From contig NC_043007.1 of NCBI RefSeq assembly GCF_006345805.1, forward strand, positions 48,050,001 to 48,114,000: a DNA stretch of 64,000 nt, read 5' to 3'. Origin of the DNA: Octopus sinensis (taxonomy: Eukaryota). Position numbers and translations under genes: made by a program. A model generated the notes under the pieces. It was not told the origin of the DNA. It saw only the letters and a program-made list of their open reading frames with translations, and searched no databases. This document shows, in pieces, positions 48,319 through 62,754 of this stretch; position 1 is the first letter of the stretch, and each line of letters starts with the position of its first letter.

Positions 48319-48422
48319 ATTTATCTAGTTCTATGAAGCCCTCTTCATTAAAAGATACTATTATTATTACTACTACGACTATTGTTCCAAATACTACTAC
48401 TACTACATCTGCATTCACTCAG
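48319..48422 (+). CDS. Probable second linker exon: (N)LSSSMKPSSLKDTIIITTTTIVPNTTTTTSAFTQ
   Basis: Pyrimidine tract plus ctattaag acceptor; strong CAG|gtaaga donor; open in phase 1 to 0 exactly like linker exon 12940-12986; Ser/Thr-rich. Confidence 0.55.
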
Positions 48423-49337
48423 GTAAGACATTTCATGAAGTTATTCCCAGAATGCTATACCTTAACATTAATAAACCAGAATATTTTACCTCCTCCCTGT
48501 AATCATAATCTTTAATAAATATTTTATTCTTACACTAATTTACCAGAAAAATTCTATCTAATATTAACAACTAAACAAAAGTAAATATCTAAATATCTGA
48601 TACAGGATGTTGCTAATATGATTATATAATTTTCCTGACTATTTACCTTACATTTAGCATTAATAACCACCATTATCATCATCATCATCATTGTTTTCCA
48701 TGCAAGCATGACTCAGATAGATTGCCAGGATCCAATCAATTTTATTTGGCATCACTGCCATCCTAGATACATTAAGAAACTACTCACTCAAACTCTCTAT
48801 CTTGGGTTTGAGTGGTAAGGAGCACTTAGGATTACTTGAGGTAAGCAATCCCAATATATTTCATGTGATGGATAAACCTTGGGTTTGCTTTGCTGGATTA
48901 TAGATAGTTTACCAAGTGGTATGTCCAAGACAATTACAGTGACTTTGGAGATTAATACATCTGAGTATTTTTAATTACTACAGTCAATTATATAACATAT
49001 AAATGTGACCGATGCACGCTTCTGCTGCATAGACATCTCACAATTGCATTTGCACCCAGTTATAGTCATCATTAGTCTATGCAACTTTATTCAAGGTCCA
49101 ATCACTGACATGGTCTGAAGAGAAATAAGGGTATTTGGGTTAAGCTAACATTATATTTGGTAGGTGATTATAGTTTTTGAGTGCAAAGAATGTGAGAGGA
49201 AAATCTGGAACCTTGATACCTTAAATAAGATCAGGGTATATTTTTAACCACTAGGGGAATTAGGAATTAATGAATTTCAGATATATTGTATACAGCTACT
49301 GGTCACTAATTCAGTTATAATTTTATGAGATATGAGC

Positions 49338-49885
49338 AAAACGCCCCTCCCCCCAACTAATGGACGGAGCTGAATCATATCTGCCGAATAAAAAGCAATC
49401 AGTGTTTTCTTTTCATTAAAAAATAATTAAGCATGCCTTTATTTCAATAAAATTTTTGGTTTTGTTAAACGAAATTAAGGCAAAAAAAAAAATTCATGAG
49501 AAACCAAATAGTCTTTCCTTCCTTCATGCCAAGTTTGAAGAAAATATCTCTTTTGCATCTTACTTTTTTGGTCTCTTAAATATACTGCATTTTGTGGCAT
49601 TATTTCAAGCCAGCCGGCTTTTTTTGTGCAAACTGCATGTGCATTTTTCTCGTATACGCATAGTATCGATTGCAATAGCTGATGTACTTGCATGTACAAA
49701 TGCACGTTCCCACGGCTTTATCGATCGTATTCTCACCTGGAATCGAATTTTGTAATTTTTTCAAGACTTATACATGCCTTAATACCGTCAGTATCTACAT
49801 ATCAAATTTGAGCGCAATCAGATGGAGGACGCCCGAGATTCTAGAAGACACACAGACAGACAGATCGGATTTTATATAATAGATG
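49338..49885 (+). mobile_element. Second HINE/DINE-1-like non-autonomous element
   Basis: 3' end caaatttgagcgcaatcagatg...acacacagacagacagatcggattttatataatag resembles 18005-18095. Confidence 0.4.
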
Positions 49886-50859
49886 TAGAACTTACCAGTG
49901 AGGCCAATCTGTATCTTCCTTTATATAAATCAAGTTTTATTTACATGTAGTTTTATTGTCCTTTATATGTTGCAAGTATTTTTGTACATGCAGCTTTATG
50001 CATGGAGTATACTGATTACTGCTTGATATAGGCAAACTAGATATAACACTGAGATTTGCCGTAAAGATTCTATCATATTTATTCAATTTAGGAAAATGCC
50101 TATTTATAGTGGCAAAAAATTAGTTGGAATGTTAGTAGCTATTTGCCAATCAAATACTGTATTTTACCACATATAGCCTTATATCTTTGGCATTTGCAAC
50201 ACCTGTTGGCTGTTTCGACCTCAGCACAAGGGTATTACTTCCACTCCTTGTGAATTAGTTTCCTTAAGGTCCTACCTCATATTTGCAATTTTAGTCATGT
50301 TATGAATAAGAAATGTTCAGATGAGTAACTTCATTTTCTTATCCTAGATTTACTTCTCACCTCACTTCATATTACTAATATTACTAACAAAGCCTCATTT
50401 ATTTCCATGCTATATATTATATAGTAAAGTTAACTAATCCTAATGTTCAAATAAACAGTTCCATTTTTCTTCCATAGCTTTAATTCTCAAAAATTTTATC
50501 TCACTCATTTAATGTCTAAAACCTCCCTTTTTTCCATGCTATATGTTAAATAATAACTGCATTAAGCAATACTAGTGAAAAGGTGCTTTTTTTCACCTCT
50601 TCATTTTGTTTCGATTCTCATTTTATTTTGTCTTGTTCGTATTATGTGTAAAACCTCACTTTTTTTCCATGCTATATGTCAAATAGATGCTTTCACTTTG
50701 GTTGGATATTTTATATGGCCTTACCTTTGGCATGGGACAGCTAAACTGCTTGGTCATTCACTGTATATACACCCACCCTACCCTTCTACCTATACTGGAA
50801 GTCTTTCTCCTAAAACCTCTACCAGAAACCTATACAGAATGCTATCTCTTTCTCCCACC

Positions 50860-53545
50860 CCTATCTAGTGGGCTATCTCCTGATAAACATAGTGAGTGTG
50901 AAGTGAATAAAATGATGGTGAAATAAATGCAGGTTGAAACTTATTTGAACCGGGAAACATACATGTGAGCTTTCTTTTCAAATGCAGAATGCTGTCCCCC
51001 ATTCCTGTGTGTCTCCCCCACAGCTGACACACTCAGTGTAGGCTCATTAAAAAGTAGGTGTGGTGAGATTGTTGTGATGCTTGAACAGAAACATGTAGAT
51101 GTGTATTGCATCGAAGAAGTAAGATAGAGAGGAAGTTCTGCCAGGTTCCTCACAGGCAAAGAGCAGAACTATAGAATCTTCTGGGTAGGGAACAGCGATG
51201 GGACGGTGGTGTCAGCATACTTCTTGCTGAGAGATGGATTGATAAGGTGATCAAGGCAATCAGAGTATGTGATAGAATACTTAAGCTTAAACTAGTTTTG
51301 AAAAATGGAATGGCAACCTTTATCTTGGCCTACGCCCCTCAGCCAAGTCTACCTGATGAACAGAAAGACCGATTTTATGACACCCTTTTGCAGACTACCT
51401 TGGCAATAAATGACAAGTGACCTTGTCTTTGTGGCTGGTGCCTTCAATGGGCATGTTGAGCAACATCCAAGTGGCTTCCATGGCATGCATGGTGACAATA
51501 GATTTGGTTCCTATATTGATGAAGGAACCAGGTTGCTGGAGTTCTGTGATGCAAATGACCTTATGATCTGCAATACTAATTTCAAGAAACCTGCCAGTCA
51601 CCTGGTCAATCTGGTTAGTCTGCCTACCAGATTGATTACATTCTTGCCAGAAAACAGGAAAGAAGGCTGCTTATAAATGCCAAAATTTTCCCATATGAAG
51701 AATACGCCCCTCAGCATAGGTTAGTTGTTAGCAGCTTCAGAATCAGGGCTAAAAGGCTACCAAGAAGACAACCAGTGGGGAAAAGAAAAGTCTGGAAGTT
51801 TAAGGATCCTCTGAATGGTCAGAGATTTAGAGATATGTTATTTGAAGCATTTGATGAAAAGGAGGATGATATAGTGACATATAACATGGAGGACAACTGA
51901 AGGTTCCTCCAGGACAACCTGTTGAGGGTCACTGACCAAATTTGTGGCTGGTGCAAAGTCCCTTCTCAACTTAAGGTGAAATGGCAGTGAAATTATGTAG
52001 TTGACAGGGCCATTAGAGAAAAGAAACAGGCCTGGAAGATCTATAAGTGTGGTGATAACAGGGAAGTGTATCAGATAGCCAGAAGGGAGGCTAGAAGATA
52101 GGTATTATTTAGCCAGAAGAAAAGCAGAAAAGAAGTTTGCCAATGTTCTGTGCTGTGAGGACCAGAGACTTAAAGTGTGACAGCGTGTGAGAAAAAAATC
52201 ATATCATAGGAGAGAAATGTGTCTGCATAGTTCACTTACATTTAATGATTCTGCTAAGAAAGAGGCTTGGAAATGCCAGTTTGAAAAGCTTCTAAATATA
52301 GAGAATGCATGGGAGAAGGTTAGTTTGCCAAATGTAGATCCAGCTGAGGGCCCAGCTATCCAAATTGACAATCCCTTGGTAAAGGAAGCAACTAAGGTTA
52401 TGAAAACAGAAAAAGCTCCAACCCATCAAGAGCCACTGCTGAGATACTTAAAATATCTGGTGGAGTAGGATATGGCTTAGTCACCCGTATAGTTGATTAG
52501 GTTGTCTACAAGGGAGTCACACCCAACAATTGGTGTAGCAGCATTATAGCCAGCTACTATAAAGACAAAGGTGATGCCTTAGACAGAAATAATTACAGAG
52601 GCATCAAATTGCTGGACCAGATGATGAAAGTCACAGAAAGGGTCATAACTCAATTAATTTGGAAGAGAGTTAACATAAATGAAATGCAGTTTGGATTTGT
52701 ACAAGGTTGGAGCACAACTGATACTATATTCCTGATTATGTAACTACAGCAGAAGTATTTAGCCAAAGATAAACCTCTGTACATGGATTTGACACTCCCC
52801 TGCTCCCTTATCTGGTGGTCAATGCAGAAGCTAGGGATAGATGAGTGGTTAGTGAGAGCTGCACAAGCTATGTACAGGGATGCTGCCAGTAAGGTGAAGG
52901 TTGGCAACAAGTATAGCAATGAATTCACTGCACAAGCAGAAGTGCACCAAGGTTCGGTTTCCAGTCCTGTCTTGTTTATTTTAGTCCTCCAGGCCTTACC
53001 AGAGATGAATTCAAGGCCAGTTGCCCCTGAGAGCTCCTCTATGTTGATGACCTACAGGTAGATCATTAACATAGTTACCTATAGATAGCTGAATCACTAA
53101 CTTATAAAAGAAATTTCAGGTATGGAAGCAAAACTTGGAATCTAAGGCCCTTAGAGTTAATTTAGCAATGACTGAAGTCCTAGTAATTAGGAAAACAGAC
53201 AAATCACAAGTCCCTTCAGGGAGATGGCCCTGCTTGATAAGCAAGATGAGTGTTGGTGGAAATTCCATACACTGTACCCAGTACAAGCTTTGGACACATA
53301 AGAAGTGTAGCAGTATCACAGGAAGGTTATCAGAGAAAATATACTTTGTGTGTGGCAAATGTGTGAGTACAACAAGCACTAAAAATGTGCAGACAACAAA
53401 CTCACTCAAATGTTTGGTGGCGTGGGAACCATTAGAAATAATAGATAGCTTCTGCCACCGTGTCGATAAAGTGAATGGTGGAGGAAGTTCTGAAAGTGTA
53501 GTTCCTAGAATAACAATGGGCTGGTAACTAAAGGACTGTCCCTCA
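50860..53545 (+). mobile_element. Decayed near-full-length RTE-clade LINE (APE endonuclease + RT)
   Basis: Endonuclease remnants AYAPQ, FVAGAFNGHV and LLEFCDANDLMICNTNFKK; RT remnants NYRGIKLL, QFGF and HQGSVSSPVLF; many stops and frameshifts. Confidence 0.85.
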
Positions 53546-54478
53546 GAGTGGTTACCTGAACAGAATCACTGGATCCCACGGTAATGTCAAATATATCTGG
53601 TCAGTCATTTCTCACCCAGTACTTCCATCAAATTCAATAATAGATTTTATTCCTGTTAAGATAATATCTACTTCTTCCTTGGATACATTAGAATTTTTCA
53701 TTGAAAATATAAGTGACTTGTTGAGGAGGATGGGGTTAATAGAAGCGTAATAGTTAGAAATATCTAACTGAATGAATTTAGTTTACTTTTTATCATTAAT
53801 ATTGGTGAATCAATCTACTATTTCATAAAAGCTATACCATAAGTTAAGTTTTATAGTATTCCCTAGTGTGGGTATGTACTTATCAATGATATGCTTACTA
53901 ATTTTGTAAATCAAAACCTGATTTATATAAAGAAAGATTTGGATTGACCTTACATATAAGTTCAACATATCTCATATTTTTTAATTTTATCTGAATCAGC
54001 GACCTTGTACACAATATATCTGAAATTCATTAACTCCTAATCTGCCTAATGGTTAAAATTATACCCTGATTTTATTTTAAGGTCTAATATTTTTCATTCA
54101 AAACCCAAATTAGAGTCAATATGATAACAATTATTTATAGCTGTATCAGGTTTCCAGATCTTCCTCTCACATTCTTTGCACTAGTCACCTACCAAATATA
54201 ATGCTAGCTAAACCCTTATTTCTCTTCAGACCATGCCAGGGGTTGGATTTTGGATAAAGTTGCATAGACAAATGTCCAATTGAATGGAACTGGGTGCAAG
54301 TGCAATTGTGAAATATCTATGCAGCAGAAATGTGCATCAGACACATTTGAGTCAAATATGGTGTATAATTGACTGTAGTAATAAATGATATTCAGATGTA
54401 TTAATCTCTGAAGTCACTTTAATTGTCTTGGGTATCTTGGGTATATATATATATGTTTATGTGAATGTGTTAAGCGAA

Positions 54479-54546
<68 letters not shown>

Positions 54547-55682
54547 AGGAAAGCGTAACTTCACACAATAATTGGAGAAATTTATGCAGACCTTGAACAT
54601 CATTAAGATAATGTTTGCCAGATAAACATGACCAGGCATGGAATTTCTGTGGACTTCAGTTGTGGAATTCTAAAGTGTTTAGAGCAGGATGTAGGATGTA
54701 GGACATAAGACATAATATGGTGTCTGATGGTGGGTAGGATAGGTTTTTGGAGAGAATAAGTAAACTGCTAATTGAGAGAAGCAACATTGAATATTCTTTG
54801 CAGCAAATGTCCTGATTCTGAAATTAAGACCAGCACAGGTGTAGGTGGAGGATGCATATGACTGAAGGGGCCAAATGGGTCATAACAGTGGATTAGCCCC
54901 AACAACTTTCTTTCTTTCAGCAAAACATGCCAAATTTCATCATCATTTATCTCCGGTTGTATTTTGTATATGCATGGCTTGGATCGGTCCTCCATACACC
55001 AACTCTTCTCTTGTCATGACCACTCAGCGTCACCTTCATGAATAAAATTCAATATCCTGAGACCCATTTACACAACTTCTGTCTAAGTCTTCCTTGGTCT
55101 CCTATCTCCAAAATTTTCTTCCACTTAGATTTCTGACCATGTCTCCCTCAGTTCACATTTGCAAAGATGTTAACTTAAAAGGTGCTTTGTTGCTATTGAG
55201 AAGAAATTGCAATGTTCTTCTATTTTATGTGCATGTCTGTGCGTGTGTGTAAATGTAAAATCCAAGGATCAAGGTGTAGAAAGTTAGTAAGTTTCAAGCA
55301 ATCTGTAGAAAGTATAAAAAAACAACATTTAGCAACAATAGTAGTTTATTGACATATTTTCAATTGAATCTCTACAAATTAATATGGGATCCCCTGATAA
55401 CAATGTAAACTTCATTTGATTAAGATATCTTTGGCCCAACATGTAGCTAGCAAATCATAATCATCATCCTCATCGTCGTCATTCTTTTGCTTTCCCATAT
55501 TGGCATGGGATGAAAGGGATATTTTGAGGACTGCCTCAGAAAGTTATGGCTAAGATACCCTTCATGACACAAATCCTTTTTATTTCATCTGATGACATGC
55601 AGGGATATGGTGTATCTTATCTGAAAGCTGACACACACACGCTCACACATGTAAACATATGTGCCTGTGCACACACATACAC

Positions 55683-55786
<104 letters not shown>

Positions 55787-56199
55787 ACATGTGATATTGT
55801 CACTTACAGTATATCAAGATTTTTATTTTTGATCTGAAAAATCCCTATAAACAATATTCCATATTGCTCTAGACAGGAATTCTTTGAATCATTCCTTCTC
55901 CCGCATCTGTACAGGTATGGCATTTAATGCTTGTAAAGATCACCTTATTGTACACATTGGTTTGAATCTAATTGAGTACTCTTGACAGTCAATAAACAAA
56001 ATAATACTCCTGATAATGGTTAGTATGGAAGTAGAACTGTTTAAATTTCTTCCAAACTTTCTAAATTTGCATAATGATGGGGTCCTATCATCCATTATAC
56101 AGACACATTCAAAGATCCTTGGTAAATAGGAGTGAGATATGTGGCACAGAGGACTGAGATCTGTGGCACATTGCCGTACTGGAGAAGACCCTCCCGCCA

Positions 56200-56620
56200 C
56201 AACAGAACTGAGATCCTAAAACCAAGGTGCCATGTAAAAAGCATTGGTGTGGGTGCTGGTGTCACATTAAAAGCACTGATGCTGGAGCCATGTAAAAAGC
56301 ACTGGTACTGGTGATGGTATCATGTAAAAAGCACTGGAGCTGGTTCCACATAAAACGCACTCATGATGATGTCTCATAAAAGGTACTAGTACTGAAACCA
56401 CATAAAAAGCACTGGTGCTGGTGACATGTAGAAAGCACTGGTAATGGTGTCACATAAAAAGCACTCATTACACTCCATAAAGTGGCTGGTGTAAGGAAGG
56501 GCGTCTAGCTGTAGAAACCAAACCAAAACAGATTACGGAATCTGGTGCAACCTCTGGCTTTGCCAGTTCTTGTCAAAACATCCAACCCATGCCAGCATGG
56601 AAAAGAGACACTAAATGTTG
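56200..56620 (+). repeat. RTE/SINE tail with about 33-bp degenerate tandem repeats
   Basis: Repeated catgtaaaaagcactggt(g/a)ctggtg units followed by the conserved tail. Confidence 0.6.
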
Positions 56621-57355
56621 TTGTTGCTGTTGATGATGATGATGATGATGAATGAATAACTAACCATCATACAAGAATAATTCTATTGTTCAAAGTTCTT
56701 ATTCTTCAGTTGATATATTTCTTGAAGAATCCTTCTTGAGTAAATTTTTTAGCATAACTTAGAATCTGCATGCAGCTCACTGTTCACTGTAGGCAATCTC
56801 TTGTACACCTAATCCATAAAACATTAAAAAAAAACTATTCGTTAAGAAACTGGTCATAGTTTAGATGAATGCAGCTTTACTACTACTGGTAGTCTGCTAA
56901 ATGGTCACAATGTTAAAGTTTCTTTCTCAACTGCATCATTGTGAATTTAGTCCTTGTGTGTGGCAACTGGAGCCAGTGTCTTCAACCACAGGCCAACCAA
57001 AGTTTAATGAGTGGATTTGGTAGACAGAAACTGAAAGAAGCTTGTGATGTGTGTGTGTATACATGCGTGTGTGCCTTTGTCTTCACACATTATGATGGCT
57101 GTAAATGACACCTCATATAAGCAGTGTCATTTGTTTCTAATCTCCATGAAACATGACTGGCCATGGAATAGAATCAACTTGCTTGGCAGTGAGGCTTGGA
57201 GACAGAAAGGGTATCTAACTTTGGAAAATCTGCCTCATTGAATTTTAACGGGCCCATATAAAATTGGGCAAGTAGATTTTAAAATGATGATGATGATCAT
57301 GATGATGTTATACATATATGCATGTGTTTGTGTGTGTATGTGTATGTGTGTGCGT

Positions 57356-57407
<52 letters not shown>

Positions 57408-59214
57408 ACATGTGTACTGAAAGAGAGAAGGGGAGAGAAAAATAATAAGGATTTCAAATTTTAGCACAAGGTCAATAATTGGGGGTAGGGGCAGATGCTA
57501 GTCAATTACACTGACCCCAGTGCTTGCCAGGGATTTATTTTAATGACCCTGAAAGGATGAAAGGCAAAGTGAACTTCAGAAGGATTTGAACTCAGAATGT
57601 AAAGACTGATGATTTGCTGCTAAGCATATTTCTCGGTGTGCTAGCGATTTTGCCAGCTTGTCACTCTAAGAGAAATAATGAAGATGAGTCATGGGTTAAA
57701 TAGCAGATGGCCCAATGGTTAGGCATAGAGGTTATGGACATGGGAAGAGGCCTTGAAACATATCACACACACAGTCCCTCTAGTATGTAGACGTGCATGT
57801 ATGTCACATCAACCAGTCCTGTGCATAAGAGTTAAATAGATACTGTTTCTCAATTGTAAAGCTCAAGAGAGCAGGAAGATAACAGAGTAAACCATAGATA
57901 AACCAGCTGAATGAAACAGGAAGCTACAGCTGTAACTTTCCCAAGAAAATCTCATGAATCTTCAGGCTTTGGCATGGAGGTTCATACACATACACGCACA
58001 CACATGCACACGCATGCACATGCATATACATGCAAATGTGCACACACACACACACATATATGTATATATATACATATATACATACACACACACACACACA
58101 CTTTACTTAGGCATTGTGAGACTAGTAGCCTGGTGTAGAACCCAACATACTTATGTGTTTGCATATATAAAGAAATAATTAAGATTCAATTGAATTGGGT
58201 ACTTAAGTTGAGGCATCAAGTCAGTCTGATATTATCCGCACAGCTTGAAGTAAAGAGAATTTAAAGCAAATATGTAACAAGGATGTCCAGATATTAGTGC
58301 ATTATGGCCGTTTCAGGCAGCCCCATTTAATTGAGCAATACAAGTATTACATTAATTTGAAATACACTGCCATCTTCAGATGCCAAAAATAGGTTTCCAA
58401 CATACAGGATACTCCATTATAATTTTTAGCAAATATTTCATCAGAACTAGAGAATGAAAGAATAAAATGCTTCTATTACTATAACAGAATGAACTTAGAG
58501 AGAAAAATACCCTAACTATAATTTGGAGTGGCAGAAGACAAATAACAGTAGGGGTCATGAGATGGTAATTTAGCTACAATTTGTATTCATCTCCCTATCA
58601 CCATCAAAAAATCTAATGCAGCTAGTATACCACGTCCACTAGTGGCCTTCCCTTCATTCTCACTTTCCCTCCTCTTTCACTTCACTCTGTCCCTTTCCTT
58701 TTTTTCTCGTCCCTCCCTAATTCTTTTATCCCTCTGCCTCTACCTCTCTCCTCTCCTGTCATGCCACCTATGTTTAGCCAAACCTGACCTTTCTTTCTTG
58801 GTTCATCTACCATCCATGCAACATCTATATTCCTTCCCATGCCTGTCACTTCTTATGTTCCTGTTGTAAGGCTTCACTTCCACACACACCAGCTTAATTT
58901 AATTTGCCCTTAGTCGAAAGACACCTGTTGTTAATGTCCTGTTGTTTACATTTGTATTTGTATACCATTTCTCTGTTTTTTTCCATCCTTGTTTTCGTAT
59001 ACATTCACTGCTTTCTTCCAAGGAATCTAGTGCGCTTAGCTTAGATTTTCCTTGGGGTTGGCCAAGTTGGAGCAGTCTCAAGTATAAGCAGCCAAAACTG
59101 CAAAGATAATCTGGAACTCGATTGGCAAAAGAAAACTCTGAATGACCCGTCCTTGTTTTTTTATGTCCCTTTTTGTATCATCCAACTGTCCCATTTTTTG
59201 TATTCTTTTGTGTA

Positions 59215-59277
<63 letters not shown>

Positions 59278-59467
59278 TTAGGGAATAAATTATTATTCCA
59301 ACCTTACATTTTTCATTCTTTCTCTCAATCTTTTCTGTCAAAGAGTATAGGTTGAAAACATTAAAGACTTTTTCATTCCTTCCGAGCATCAAACTAATAG
59401 ACCTGCGTGTTGTTAACTCGCCTATCTTCATCTTTCCTATAAATTTGAACTATGCATATATATATAC

Positions 59468-59506
<39 letters not shown>

Positions 59507-60006
59507 GCAAGATAGATAGACAGACAGATGGACGGACGGACGGACAGACAGACAGATATGTGTAGAGGTTGAGGTCTTCAACAAACATCCAGGCAAATTT
59601 TTATCTGAAATATCAGATGAACCCACATCAAACTGAAATGTGGGTACCCCAGTATGGCGTCACCCTCTCACTGAAACCAGTTTTGTTAGGCTTTATCAGT
59701 ATTGTGTACTTGCAGCCAACTGAATACCTAGATGATATTTGCCTCCTCCAGTATACAGTAAAATAACAAAAAACATTCACTGATATTATTATAGCTGCCC
59801 AGCTGAATATAAATCTGCTGTATGTAAAAGAAGTGGTATTAAGTTAAAATAACTATCTATGCATCATACTTAAAGTAAACACATCACTGAAAGCAACTTA
59901 ACTGTGATATTTGTATGGCAATATGTATGTGTGTGTGAGTGTGTACTTATATACATATATGTGTGTGTGTGTGTGTGTGCGTGTGTGCGTGCGCGCATGC
60001 GCACAC

Positions 60007-60058
<52 letters not shown>

Positions 60059-61178
60059 TGTTACGGAATCACCCGTCGTCGCTCGCCCGAACGGCAACAA
60101 GTTCGCCACGGAACCCAAAGAGGAGAGAGGAGAGATACAACAACGACCACAACCGCAGCAGCACAGAGATACAGAGGCACAACCCGAGAGAGACACCAAA
60201 AGAGGCAAGGCAACAGAGACACTGGCTTATATTCAAACAACAGTTTATACGACAATTACAATTGCTACACATCAAATACATTTAAGGCAGACATTTAAAG
60301 GAAGACATGCACGTGACTACTCAATACATCATACAACAGATCAAAGCATAATACAACAGCATTTCAAGAGTACAATTCAAAGTTCACGTCCGAAGACAAC
60401 AGTTCTTTTAAAGTCTCTTTCTGAACATCACAGATAAAGTCACATCAACAAGTCCTTTACTCAATTCTGAACATAAATACCACAACTCGATAATCGACAT
60501 ATCGACAGAGTCTCTGACTGTTCTCTTCACTGTTCAATACACAAATCACATACCTCAATTCCTAATTGAATCTGCCAGTGTCCCATTCCTCTCAATCCTG
60601 CTAATTCCTCTGAATACCGCTAAATCCTTCTGTACATATCCCCTCTGCATATATCCCAATCAGTGCCGCCAAGCTTTCGCATCCCAGCTCGCTCCTAAGA
60701 ATTCCAACGCTTCCAAGATTCCATCTACTCGCTCTGACCTCCAGAATCCGTCTGTCTTCTTCGAGGACCGGCCAGCGACTCCCAGATCCGTCTGTGTTCT
60801 TCGACGACCGCTCAACGACTCTAAGACCTCACTTCGTCTCTGTGCTTCTTCCACTCCCTCATCTCCCTCTGTACCGCTCATACCCTCTCTAACTGTCCCT
60901 TAGTCTTATACTCTATCTCTCTCATGACAGCTCTACCATACTCTCTGCCTGTCCTTCTCTCTTACTGTCAATACCCTCTCCATCTGCTCTTAGATTCCCT
61001 TAATCTGTCTTCCTCTTTCACATTCTCACTGACCCTTTTCTCAACCACACGAGGTCACAGGTCATTCCAAAAACCATTAGTCCTCCATTAGACAAAAGAC
61101 TGTCACATTTTCACCAGACATACTGGAACCATATCCACGATGTGGGTCAGAAACACTGCACTAGTTAAACCCGTAACA
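60059..61178. mobile_element. Solo LTR (1120 bp) inserted in (AT)n
   Basis: Perfect 8-bp inverted termini TGTTACGG...CCGTAACA; ATAT on both sides; GC-richer than the flanks; no coding motif. Confidence 0.75.
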
Positions 61179-61189
61179 ATATATATATA

Positions 61190-62560
61190 TATATATATAT
61201 ATAGAATCAGTTACTTGAAAAGATATGAATCAGGTAGGGCTGGTTCCAGCCTATGGTTGGTAAGGATCAAATAGAAACCTGTGGTTGTTAAGTATCAAAT
61301 ATGATATTCCAGTTGTGTACACAGAGAATACCATCCTTATGAGTATATAGTGCCTAGGGCTAGTTCAAATCACTTGTTACTTTAAATAGTACATTGTTGG
61401 TATACTCTAGGGAGTCCAAGAAGTCGTAAATCCCCTTGGTGTATTATAATCAAATGAATAATAACAGGTGATGGATAAATGTCAGCTTATTACAGTTGTT
61501 TCTTACACATTTTTAAATAGAAGAATGAGAACATTACACAATTACAAAAAAACCATATTCATCAGATGAAAGGTAATTTTACAAACAAAAGAATATTCCA
61601 AGAATGCAGCAGTGATATAGCTGAAGTCTGTCAAGGGCAACTATGAAATGGGAGAATGACCAACAAAGCTGGCCGTTGACATTAAGAATATAGTTCATGA
61701 AAGTGTGCAATATGATATCTAAGGTCAGTGACATGGGTGAGATAGGAGTCTGTTAGACTGGTTCTCAGGTGGGCAGGAGTGGGGTGAAAGTGATATTTTA
61801 TTATAGTAGGCTTAGAGCAGTGGGTAGCAAGGAGATGATGTAATATATATTAAGGATAAAGAAATAAAGAATAAAGAAAGCAAAGGTAAGGGTGAAGAAA
61901 AATAAAACAAACAAGCCAATTAGTTATAGGTTTGGGGTTTAGGATTCCCTAGCTAAGGATAAAGGACAAAGGGAGGAGGGCAGAGATACGTTGAATTTAG
62001 GTGTATTCTGTGGATATTGGTTGAAAGGCAATCAATAAATAAGATCTAACTTTAATGGAATTGTAGTGTTAAGTGTGAAGAGGAATGATGTAGGGTGTTG
62101 TTTTAGATACGAAAATGTATATGGATTAGTGGGGACCACTTGTAATATTTGGACATGTTTGCCTGGAGAGGGAAAAGCTGGTAGTAGTAGTACAGTACTA
62201 CTTATCATTAAGGAGTTTAAAGAAGGATCGGTTTATATAATAAACTAGACCTAGTATGGAGTTAGAGAAAATCAAAGAAAGCCAGCAGTACGGAATAGCC
62301 TAATGGTTAACAAAATGGAATGTTATACAGGTGGCATTAATGTTACATAATTAGATAGAATAATCATCATTGTGTGGATCAGGTAAAGCAACTCTGGACA
62401 ATATTCATGAGTAAGAGGTTTGGGAAAGTGTGTTCTATCTATTATTTAACAAGCACAGCACAAATAACTGTATCTTGATGTAAGGGATTACTTACCTAGT
62501 GGTATTGGAAAAGAACTGGCTAGGGTGTGCAGGCTGCTACTTCTAGGTTAGATGTCTTTG
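61190..62560 (-). mobile_element. Highly decayed retroelement-like sequence, unclassified (possibly Penelope-like)
   Basis: Purine-skewed non-genic block without splice structure; no clear motif. Confidence 0.25.
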
Positions 62561-62754
62561 CTATCGCTATTGCATAATACTGGGTACACCACAGATAGAA
62601 TGGTTAGTTCCTTGAATATAGCATACGGTATACTTGCATGGTAATGAACTGACAACTATCCATCGTATCTTATTATTCCTTTGTGTGTGTGTGTGTGTGT
62701 GTGTAAAGCTATAAGATGTTGCACAAGCACTTCCCTTTGAGTACAATGTCGCAT

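Noticed and set aside
55877-55914. Possible small exon EFFESFLLPHLY(R) with cag/gtatgg sites
   Set aside because: Phase-0 start fits, but there is no similarity to module exons and the pyrimidine tract is weak; unsupported without RNA data.
59904-60437. 177-aa ORF and overlapping ORFs
   Set aside because: Read-through from (CA)n into the solo LTR; no recognisable domain.
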